Origin: Phycisphaerae bacterium
GTDB lineage: Bacteria > Planctomycetota > Phycisphaerae > UBA1845
Assembly (NCBI GenBank): GCA_036505095.1
Contig: DASXUA010000637.1
Location: forward strand, 1 to 51,964
Direction of reading: 5' to 3'
DNA: 51,964 nucleotides
Shown: positions 8,166 through 14,986 of the stretch, piece by piece
Layout: the number at the start of each line of letters is the position of its first letter
How positions within the stretch are numbered: position 1 is the first letter of the stretch
Program-made: the position numbers and the translations under genes
The notes under the pieces: generated by a model
What the model was told of the DNA's origin: nothing
The model's input: the letters and a program-made list of their open reading frames with translations, nothing else
Databases searched by the model: none

Positions 8166-10574
8166 ATGCAGCGCCGTGCGTTTCTATCCGCAGGGAAGCT
8201 GCGGGGATTGAACTCGGGTCAGGGGGGACGCCACGTGGGACCAGCCTGTCCAACAAGCCCTTGCGGCCGAACGCTCGGCCTGTGCCTGTTCGCGTGCATG
8301 GCCCTGGGTGCGCTGTGCTTGCCTACCTCCGCCCAGGCGATCGACAGCTTCTGGGCCATCGATTCCAGCGGTAACTGGCATATGCCCAATAACTGGAACC
8401 CGCCCATCGTGCCGAACAATAATGGAACGATAACCTTCAACGTTACGATTGACCGACCGTCGGCCAACCCGCTCATCACGGTCGATCTGCCACCCGTGAC
8501 GATTTCTAATCTGGTCAATCGCGAGTTGGTTCGCCTGCCCGGCGGGCAGTCGCTCTCCGTCATCGAGATGCTGATCAACGACGCCACGCCGAGTGGCCCT
8601 GGCACCCTGCGTGCCGACAATACCGGGAACGTGCTCAGCGTAGGCACTCTGAACAACGTGGGTGCCATCCTAATCAACACCAACGGATTTCTGACGATTT
8701 CGCCGCTGCCGTCGCCCGCGCCGCCCCCGCAGATCATCCATCATGGGGGAATCACGATTCAGACGGGTGGCACGCTGTCGATTACCGGCGGCACCTTCAT
8801 CCAACAGGGTGCCGGCACCGCCGGGTCCATTATTGGAATTCCCAGTCCGCCGCCGTCGGTGCCAGCCACGCTGGCGATCAGCAACGTTTTTTACGCTTAT
8901 CAGGGTGGCAGCCTCGACGTACCGCAGTGGCTGGTGAGCGACAGCACGGTGAGCCTGGGGGCAGCGCTGCAGATTACGAACGGCAATTTGCTCCAGATGG
9001 ATGGGGCGAGCTTCAATTCGTCCGGAAGCCCTGGGACCCAACTCATATCGTTCGGCGCCAATCTGCGCGCGGTGGGAGGCATGAGCACGATGTCCGTGCC
9101 GCTCGTGCTGTTTGAGGGCGGCAGCTTCGCGATCGATACGGGCACCACGTTCCGCTGCACGGTCGCACCCGTCAGCGCGACGCTTATCAAAGTCACCGTC
9201 CCGGGCGAGATCGGCACCCCGGCGGTGTGGAGCTTCGGTCCCGGTACGGTCAACACGTTCAACAGTGGACCCGTGGAAGTGATCGAGGGTGATCTTACCA
9301 TCACGCACGACGCGAATTCCTCTCAGTTCACAAATACGGGTCCGCTTACGGTTGCCGCGCTTCAAAAGCTGACCTTGCACAACGGCAGCTTCGTGCACAA
9401 CGGCGGCCCCTCGGCCGGGGTATCCAATGCGGGCGTGCTGCGGGCGGAATCCGGTGGAACGATCGAGATCAACAATACGGCCGTCACCGGCGGTGGCGGG
9501 TTGGAAGCCAGCGGCGCGACCATCCGCCTCAACAGCTCCACCCTTGCGGCGAATAAACCGATTAACATCATCTCTACCATGGCGGTCTCGAGCGTTCTGG
9601 AAATCAAGAGTGGCAGCTCGGTCTCCTTCGGAGTGAATGCACCGATCACGGTGGGCAGTTCGATGACGGTTGATTCTTCGACCACGACATGTGATGCGCC
9701 AATTTGTGTAATCAATGGATTCGCACCAAGCTCCGAATTGTCGGTGACAAACGCCGGGGATATGACGCTCAGTTCGACATCCAAATTGGATTCCAAAGGA
9801 TGCGTGCAAGTCCAGAGCGGTTCCGCCCTGGGCGGAACCGGCGATATCAACATCCAGAACGGCGCCACGGAAGGCACTCAAAACGGGGCGCTGATCTGCT
9901 CCGGCTCCGGAACGACCGTGCTGGCCGGCGACGTGTTGTTGGAATCCGGAACGTCGATCGACGTATCGGCCTCCGCCAGTGTGGGCTCGAAGGGAAATTT
10001 CCTGTTCGCGCTGCAGGATGAGGCCAACTGGAGCTGGGCGCCTGGCACGAACATGCGGTTGACCGGTGGCATCGGCATGGGCTCGGTCGGGCCGCTCAGC
10101 TATGCCCGGCTGGAGGTGGGGGGGATGGATGTCGGATTCGATCCGGCGACGCATACGGGAAACCCGGCCGGATTCGTCGACAATTTCGATCTGGCAGAAC
10201 TGCGGATCGGACCGGGCGCTCACGTTACGCTGGTCGATTGCTTCGACAACGGCAATGGTGCCAGCGCTCCCGAGGCGCTATACGTCGACACGCTGCGCTT
10301 CGAGAGTTCCACCTCGCGTTTGAATCTCAATGGCATCCATCTGTATTTCAACACGTTGATTGGGGTTCCGGGCCAGATCGAGGACGTGCCTTCAGGTATC
10401 CCCGGTCCGGTCGACTGCGATACGGACCTGGCCGATTTCGCCGGTCTGCAAAACTGCTACGGCCACTCCGCCCCGTTCATGGTCCCGTGCGGCTCGTACG
10501 ATCTGGACGGCAATCTAACCATCGCGAATCCAGATTACGTTTTGTTCCAGCAGACGTTCAACGGCCCGGACTAG
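8166..10574 (+). CDS. large secreted beta-rich protein with C-terminal dockerin/EF-hand-like module
   Basis: ORF 7731..10574 trimmed to ATG 8166 (MQRRAFLS...), which precedes the signal peptide LGLCLFACMALGALCLPTSAQA. T/S/G/N-rich beta-strand-like sequence. C-terminus has YDLDGNLTIANPDYVLFQQTF. The start is uncertain (8145 or 8166). Divergent from the kinase gene. Confidence 0.75.
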   Translation: MQRRAFLSAGKLRGLNSGQGGRHVGPACPTSPCGRTLGLCLFACMALGALCLPTSAQAIDSFWAIDSSGNWHMPNNWNPPIVPNNNGTITFNVTIDRPSANPLITVDLPPVTISNLVNRELVRLPGGQSLSVIEMLINDATPSGPGTLRADNTGNVLSVGTLNNVGAILINTNGFLTISPLPSPAPPPQIIHHGGITIQTGGTLSITGGTFIQQGAGTAGSIIGIPSPPPSVPATLAISNVFYAYQGGSLDVPQWLVSDSTVSLGAALQITNGNLLQMDGASFNSSGSPGTQLISFGANLRAVGGMSTMSVPLVLFEGGSFAIDTGTTFRCTVAPVSATLIKVTVPGEIGTPAVWSFGPGTVNTFNSGPVEVIEGDLTITHDANSSQFTNTGPLTVAALQKLTLHNGSFVHNGGPSAGVSNAGVLRAESGGTIEINNTAVTGGGGLEASGATIRLNSSTLAANKPINIISTMAVSSVLEIKSGSSVSFGVNAPITVGSSMTVDSSTTTCDAPICVINGFAPSSELSVTNAGDMTLSSTSKLDSKGCVQVQSGSALGGTGDINIQNGATEGTQNGALICSGSGTTVLAGDVLLESGTSIDVSASASVGSKGNFLFALQDEANWSWAPGTNMRLTGGIGMGSVGPLSYARLEVGGMDVGFDPATHTGNPAGFVDNFDLAELRIGPGAHVTLVDCFDNGNGASAPEALYVDTLRFESSTSRLNLNGIHLYFNTLIGVPGQIEDVPSGIPGPVDCDTDLADFAGLQNCYGHSAPFMVPCGSYDLDGNLTIANPDYVLFQQTFNGPD

Positions 10575-10660
10575 GAAACATCAAGTCGACGGAGTATCGC
10601 CGCGCTAGCGCTCCGGCGGTTGATCAGTACCGTCGATGCGCCGAGCGCGTGTCGGCGAAC

Positions 10661-10734
10661 TGGCCGCGATGGGATTCGAACCCACATCTCCATGATCTTG
10701 AATCATGCGCCTCTGCCGATTGGGCTACGCGGCC
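10661..10734 (-). tRNA. tRNA with anticodon CAA (Leu codon UUG), 74 nt, short 5-nt variable loop
   Basis: RNA sense: GGCCGCG TA GCC C AATCGGCAG A GGC G CATGA TTCAAGA TCATG GAGAT GTGGG TTCGAAT CCCAT CGCGGCC A. Perfect 7-bp acceptor, canonical T loop, A73, no encoded CCA. Confidence 0.8.
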
Positions 10735-10737
10735 AAT

Positions 10738-10811
10738 TGGCTGGAGCGGGATTCGAACCCGCACCTGCGGAGGTTTAAGCTCCGTGCCTCTGCCAGTTGG
10801 GCTATCCAGCC
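10738..10811 (-). tRNA. tRNA with anticodon UAA (Leu codons UUA/UUG), 74 nt, short variable loop
   Basis: RNA sense: GGCTGGA TA GCC C AACTGGCAG A GGC A CGGAG CTTAAAC CTCCG CAGGT GCGGG TTCGAAT CCCGC TCCAGCC A. Only 3 nt from the previous tRNA. Confidence 0.8.
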
Positions 10812-10812
10812 T

Positions 10813-10899
10813 TGGGCGGTGGAGGAATCGAACCTCTCGTCGACCACCTCACTTTCTTGGCGACACCGGTTTTACAAACCGGCGTGAGGAGCGCCGCCC
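10813..10899 (-). other. aberrant tRNA-like element (good T arm and acceptor, GUA anticodon-like hairpin, no canonical D arm)
   Basis: RNA sense: GGGCGGC GCTCCTCACG CCGGT TTGTAAA ACCGG TGTCGCCAAGAAAGTGAGGTGGTCGACG AGAGG TTCGATT CCTCC ACCGCCC A. Only 10 nt lie between acceptor and anticodon stem. There is a 28-nt variable region. CCTCAC can pair with GTGAGG across the anticodon hairpin. The true 5' boundary is unresolved (see 10900..10969). Confidence 0.35.
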
Positions 10900-10969
10900 G
10901 ATTGCAAGGCGCGCAAGTTGGGCGTGCTTGGCGCCGGCTGCGCAATCGCCGAAGCACCGCCGCGCGGTC

Positions 10970-11043
10970 TGCGGCCGGAGGGATTCGAACCCTCACACAC
11001 CGGACTCTCAGCCCGGCGGCTTTGCCGTTTTGCCTACGGCCGC
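10970..11043 (-). tRNA. tRNA with anticodon GAG (Leu codons CUC/CUU), 74 nt, short variable loop
   Basis: RNA sense: GCGGCCG TA GGC A AAACGGCA A GCC G CCGGG CTGAGAG TCCGG TGTGT GAGGG TTCGAAT CCCTC CGGCCGC A. Confidence 0.8.
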
Positions 11044-11045
11044 AC

Positions 11046-11160
11046 TGGCCAGAGTGGGATTCGAAGGGGACCCCAACCGCGTTGCATCGCGGTTGGGGAC
11101 CCCAGCCCACACTAAATGCGTTCTGAGCGCATCGCCTCTGCCGAGTTGGGCTACCTGGCC
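11046..11160 (-). tRNA. tRNA with anticodon CAG (Leu codon CUG) interrupted by a 40-nt palindrome in the T arm (75 nt without it)
   Basis: RNA sense: GGCCAGG TA GCC C AACTCGGCAG A GGC G ATGCG CTCAGAA CGCAT TTAGT GTGGG [40-nt insert] TTCGAAT CCCAC TCTGGCC A. Removing 11066..11105 restores a perfect T arm. Confidence 0.6.
11066..11105. repeat. 40-nt near-perfect palindrome inserted between T-stem and T-loop of the CAG tRNA
   Basis: ggggaccccaaccgcg ttgcat cgcggttggggacccc ag. 16-nt arms with one mismatch. Confidence 0.7.
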
Positions 11161-11450
11161 ATCGCGCGCAACAAAAAACCCGACATGCCGCTGGGCCTGC
11201 CGGGTCCGTGCGCGATCTATCAACTCAATCTATGCGCAGTCCGGGCAGGCCTCCTGTAGCAGGATGTCGCTAAGGTAACGCAAGCTGCCCGATAACTGCT
11301 TCATGAGCTTCTCATCTATTGCAACATTATGCACGAAACTCGTGCGAAAGCAAATGCGGATCCGCCTGGTCCAAGACGTCGCTCGATCAATGCCACCGCA
11401 CGGGACCTGGCCTCAGAGCAACACCACGACGGCAGCGCTGCCGTGGTGCG

Positions 11451-13805
11451 ATGCGGCCTGCCGCGCCACGCTTGACGCGGGTGGACTTTCACGAGCAAAC
11501 TGACGGAGTGCGGCATCGCTCACGAAAACCGCGAAGGCTGGCCAAGCCGGCGCTGAGGTATCGGCAGATTCTGGCCTGGGCGGATGCACACCATCGCCGC
11601 ACGGGCCGATGGCCGGGGCAAATATCAGGTCCGGTGGTGGACGCGCCTTGGGAGACCTGGCGCGGCATCCACACCGCCACGGCTCGGGGATTGCGCGGGC
11701 TGCCAGCCGGATATGCCTTAGCCCGGCTTCTGGCGGAGCGCCGCGGCGCGCGAAACCTTCACAGTCGCCCGCGCTTCAACGAGCAAATCATCCTTGAGTG
11801 GGCGGACGAATACTTCAAGCGCACCGGCCGATGGCCGCAGCCTAAATCGGGGCCGGTCCGCGGCGCTCCGGGCGAAACGTGGATGAGAGTCGACGACGCG
11901 CTGCGTGGCGGTGGCCGCGGGCTGAAGGGCGGCTCCTCCCTCGCGCGGCTCCTGGGCCGGCACCGCGGACATCGCAACATCGCGGACCTGCCGCGGCTCA
12001 CTTTGTCCAGGATTCTACAGTGGGTCGACGCGCACCACCGGCGCACCGGCCGATGGCCGAATGCCCAGTTGGGCGCCGTCCTGGACGCGCCCGGCGAAAC
12101 TTGGGCCGCCATCGGACGCGACTTGACGGTGGGTTGCCGCGGTCTGCCTGGTGGTTCCACGTTGGCGCAGCTTCTGGCGGAGCACCGCGGTGTGCGCAAC
12201 CGGCTGCGACTGCCCCGCTTGAGCATTCGGCAAATCCTGGCCTGGGCTGATGAGCATCGCCGACGTACCGGCCGGTGGCCCACGCCGCGCTCCGGTCCGA
12301 TTCCACAGTCGACGGGGGAAACCTGGGCTTGCATCGAAGCGGCGCTATGGACGGCTCGCCGGGGTCTGGCGGACGAGTTCGTGCGGGATCAATCGCGGAA
12401 TGGCGGTTCGGAACCGCGCTCGCTGGCCCAACTCCTGGCGGCGTACCGCGGTGTGCGAAACCCGGCCGCCGTGCCCCCGTTGACCGAGCGTCAGATCCTC
12501 GCCTGGGCCGATGACCATCACCGCCGAACGAAGGCGTGGCCCAAGTCAAACTCCGGGCCGATCGCCGCGGCGCCGGGAGAGACCTGGACTGGCGTGGCCG
12601 TGGCTTTGCACGCCGGGCATCGCGGTCTTGAGCGCGGCTCGTCTCTCGCCCGGCTGCTGCTGCAGCACCGCGGGGTGCCGATTGTCAACCAGCCGCGGCC
12701 CCTGACGATACCGCGCATCCTCAGTTGGGCGCGGGCCTATCGCCGGCGCACGGGCGAATGGCCACAGATCATCAGCGGTGTGATCGCCGAATCGCCGTCG
12801 GAGACCTGGTCCAAAGTCAACGGCGCTCTGGAGAAGGGGCAGCGCGGACTGCCGGATGGCTCGTCGCTGGCGAAGTTACTTCACGAGCGACTTGGCGCGC
12901 GTCACAGAAAACATCCTCCGCCGCTGACCGTCGAGCAGATCCTGACCTGGGCTGACGCCCATCATGATCGGACCGGCGTTTGGCCCACCAAGAAGAGCGG
13001 CGCGATTGCCGCGGCGCCCGGCGAAACCTGGGCCCTGGTGAACGACGCTCTAAACAAGCGGCAGCGCGGCTTGCGCGATTCCGATGCCCCAACATCGTTG
13101 GCGCGGTTGCTGCTAGCTCGGCGCGGCGTGCGGAACCGCATGAACCTGCCAAGATTGACGGAGGCAAAGGTCCTCAAGTGGGCCGATCAACACTTTGCGC
13201 GTGCCGGACAATGGCCGCGGGCCTCTTCCGGGCCAGTTCTGGGAGCGTCGGGTGAGACGTGGCGGAACGTCAAGACGGCGTTGTATCAGGGCGCGCGCGG
13301 ATTGCCCGGGGGGACGAGCCTGGCGCGGTTGCTCAGCGCGAAGCGCGGCGTGCGTAATGTCCAGCGCCTGCCTCCATTAAGGATACCGCCAATCCTGACT
13401 TGGGCCCGCCGGCACCGCCGACGCACGGGCGAATGGCCCCGAGCCAAGTCGGGCTTGATCGTGGGCACATCCGGCGAGACTTGGGCGGGGGTGGACAGCG
13501 CGCTGTTCAAGGGGGTGCGCGGTCTGCCGCCAGGCTCATCTCTGGCGCGGTTGCTCCAGGAGCATTGCGGCGTGCGCAACGAAAAGAACCCGGGGACGTT
13601 GAAGGTTGCGCAGATCATGACATGGGCCCAGGCGCATCGGCAGCGCACTGGCCGGTGGCCACGGCACAACTCAGGCGAGATTCCCGGGACAGGCGGGGAG
13701 ACTTGGTGGAGTATCGATACGGCCCTCAAGAACGGCATCCGCGGCCTGAGGTCAGGACAATCCCTGGCGCGGCTGCTGCCCCCAAGTCGCGTTCCCATGG
13801 TTTGA
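11451..13805 (+). CDS. arginine-rich protein made of ten ~77-aa tandem repeats, function unknown
   Basis: ORF 11319..13805 (TTG at 11319; first ATG at 11451). Ten units match LPxL(T/S)xxQILxWADxHHRRTGxWPxxxSGxIxxAPGETWxxIdxALxxGxRGLPGGSSLARLLxxxRGVRN. The start is uncertain. Confidence 0.75.
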   Translation: MRPAAPRLTRVDFHEQTDGVRHRSRKPRRLAKPALRYRQILAWADAHHRRTGRWPGQISGPVVDAPWETWRGIHTATARGLRGLPAGYALARLLAERRGARNLHSRPRFNEQIILEWADEYFKRTGRWPQPKSGPVRGAPGETWMRVDDALRGGGRGLKGGSSLARLLGRHRGHRNIADLPRLTLSRILQWVDAHHRRTGRWPNAQLGAVLDAPGETWAAIGRDLTVGCRGLPGGSTLAQLLAEHRGVRNRLRLPRLSIRQILAWADEHRRRTGRWPTPRSGPIPQSTGETWACIEAALWTARRGLADEFVRDQSRNGGSEPRSLAQLLAAYRGVRNPAAVPPLTERQILAWADDHHRRTKAWPKSNSGPIAAAPGETWTGVAVALHAGHRGLERGSSLARLLLQHRGVPIVNQPRPLTIPRILSWARAYRRRTGEWPQIISGVIAESPSETWSKVNGALEKGQRGLPDGSSLAKLLHERLGARHRKHPPPLTVEQILTWADAHHDRTGVWPTKKSGAIAAAPGETWALVNDALNKRQRGLRDSDAPTSLARLLLARRGVRNRMNLPRLTEAKVLKWADQHFARAGQWPRASSGPVLGASGETWRNVKTALYQGARGLPGGTSLARLLSAKRGVRNVQRLPPLRIPPILTWARRHRRRTGEWPRAKSGLIVGTSGETWAGVDSALFKGVRGLPPGSSLARLLQEHCGVRNEKNPGTLKVAQIMTWAQAHRQRTGRWPRHNSGEIPGTGGETWWSIDTALKNGIRGLRSGQSLARLLPPSRVPMV
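11541..13795 (+). repeat. in-frame tandem coding repeats (10 x ~231 nt, diverged)
   Basis: The RTG(R/E/V)WP motif recurs ten times at roughly 77-aa spacing in the translated ORF. Confidence 0.75.
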
Positions 13806-13854
13806 GCGAGGTAATCGTCCTTCGGCCAGCATGCCACGTGAACCGCACGTGTAG

Positions 13855-13977
13855 TTCGATACTGAGCGGACATTTCCTACGCGTTTTGCAGCGCACCAGT
13901 TGACCAGAATCCGGGTGTTGATCGAGGAGTACGAAAGTCGCTTCCCGGAGGCGTGGCATGAGTTCTTTGAGGGTTGA
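13855..13977 (+). pseudogene. 3' remnant of a DUF4160-like gene
   Basis: Frame open only from 13855, with no start codon. It encodes ...RIRVLIEEYESRFPEAWHEFFEG*, which resembles the C-terminus of DUF4160 partners of DUF2442. Its end overlaps the ATG of the next gene. Confidence 0.3.
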
Positions 13978-14214
13978 AACCAACCCCTTGGCCTGCGACG
14001 TCGCAGTCACCGATGCGGAGTTGATAGTCGACCTGGCCGACGGGGCGCAAGATCAGCGTTCCTTTGGTCTGGTTCCCGCGCCTGCTCGGCGCCACGCCAG
14101 AGCAGCAGGCCGTGGGAGTTGCTCGGCGACGGCGAAGGCATCCACTGGCCGGATGTGGACGAGGACCTGAGCGTCGAGGGCTTGCTCGCCGGGCGCCGCT
14201 CGCGGAGCCGATGA
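13958..14214 (+). pseudogene. DUF2442-like gene with two apparent frameshifts
   Basis: Three frames together read MSSLRVETNPLACDVAVTDAELIVDLADG / RKISVPLVWFPRLLGATPEQQA / WELLGDGEGIHWPDVDEDLSVEGLLAGRR*. This is the characteristic DUF2442 pattern, split near 14045 and 14110. Confidence 0.55.
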
Positions 14215-14223
14215 CAGTCCAGC

Positions 14224-14420
14224 ATCGCGCTGCCGGATGTTGCCCTTGACACATCTCCCGCGAAGCGAGATCCGCCGCAACGCGGCGGGCGGCGCCTCAC
14301 GGCCGCAATGTGTCAAGGGTTGCCCTGCACGCGGTGCGGCAGGTAGACGCAGGGCGTGATGTTGCCGTTCGGCTCGATCGGCACGTACCGGCGCCCGGCG
14401 CCGCCGAGGATGCTTGGGTG
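14224..14420 (-). pseudogene. fragment of a radical SAM/SPASM paralog (matches 17999..18115), interrupted by a 72-bp insert
   Basis: 14319..14418 aligns to 18017..18115 (first 36 nt identical, roughly 85 percent overall, one 3-nt indel). 14224..14246 aligns to 18002..18024 (22/23). It encodes ..[30 protein letters not shown] | IRQRDA.., versus [37 protein letters not shown] in the intact gene. Confidence 0.65.
14247..14318. mobile_element. 72-bp MITE-like insertion with 8-bp target duplication
   Basis: Flanked by direct repeats gttgccct (14239-14246 and 14319-14326). That sequence occurs once at the homologous site of the intact paralog (18017-18024). Ends are tgacacat...atgtgtca(agg). Internal hairpin ccgccgc aac gcggcgg. 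Confidence 0.5.
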
Positions 14421-14485
14421 CACCGGCAACCCGCGCCATAAGTCGGACGTCTATGTCCCCAGCCCTCCGGTCCTCCGGGATGGGC

Positions 14486-14514
14486 TTGACGTATCCGCCG
14501 GGATGAGTTATCTG
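14486..14514 (+). promoter_or_regulatory. candidate sigma-70-type promoter
   Basis: TTGACG (14486-14491), a 16-17 nt spacer, then TTATCT/TATCTG. It lies about 30 nt upstream of GGAGG and ATG 14543. Pattern match only. Confidence 0.3.
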
Positions 14515-14542
14515 AGGAACCGATCACTTGGAGGTGCTTGCC

Positions 14543-14986
14543 ATGTCATATCCCGTTCCTGTCGAACCGGAAGTCGCCAAGATGCTCAGATTGACCTCGA
14601 GCAACGACCTTCAACAGTTGCGTAGCTTGCTGATCTCGGTGGCCGAGGAGGATGATGACATTCACGATGTTGCCGCCGTAATCGGGTACGAGCTCGCCTT
14701 GCGCGAGGTCGAGCCAATCAGCCGCAAGTTGCGGCGAGCCGGCGGCCAGCTCGTCGAATACTGTAAGACGAACCCCGAGAAGGTCGAAGACGGTTTGGCC
14801 AAAGCGGCGGTCGTCGGGCTGGCAGTCGCCCTGGGCATGGATCTCTCCGATGGCGTGTATCCCTCGCCGCGCTGCGGCGCGACGACGAAGTTGAGAACAG
14901 GGCGGGTAGGTGGTCGTCAGGGCGCCGGGATGTCGCGCGTTCATTCGTGCGGCTTCGAAATCGCTTTCGCGCGCATCGGCTTATGA
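14543..14986 (+). CDS. hypothetical protein
   Basis: ORF 14528..14986 trimmed to ATG 14543, which is preceded by GGAGG (14531-14535). No family recognised. The C-terminal 46 nt overlap the convergent gene. Confidence 0.4.
   Translation: MSYPVPVEPEVAKMLRLTSSNDLQQLRSLLISVAEEDDDIHDVAAVIGYELALREVEPISRKLRRAGGQLVEYCKTNPEKVEDGLAKAAVVGLAVALGMDLSDGVYPSPRCGATTKLRTGRVGGRQGAGMSRVHSCGFEIAFARIGL

Noticed and set aside
8670-10223. 517-aa minus-strand ORF inside the large secreted-protein gene
   Set aside because: Arg/Gly/His-rich nonsense composition. The + strand frame has a signal peptide and a dockerin-like C-terminus.
10661-11160. Reading the tRNAs on the + strand, which would give Gln/Glu-type loops such as CUCUCAG and UUCUGAG
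   Set aside because: On the + strand the TTCGAAT T loop would sit in the D-arm position and U33 would be missing in some loops. Only the minus-strand fold gives canonical cloverleafs with A73.
11171-11205. Minus-strand hairpin (cccggca...tgtcggg) followed by TTTTTT just upstream of the tRNA array
   Set aside because: The stem is only 7 bp with a G-U pair and a 12-nt loop, and no minus-strand gene lies upstream for it to terminate. Too weak to annotate.
10238-11278. 346-aa + strand ORF (and 10705..10887, 10797..11126, 10802..11110, 10918..11115) across the tRNA array
   Set aside because: They read straight through canonical tRNA cloverleafs (GGTTCGAATCC T loops, paired acceptors). Open only because the region is GC-rich.
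11541-13795. Regular ~231-nt periodicity, considered as a possible CRISPR or satellite array
   Set aside because: The repeats are long, diverged, contiguous without spacers, and maintain one long reading frame. They are coding tandem repeats.
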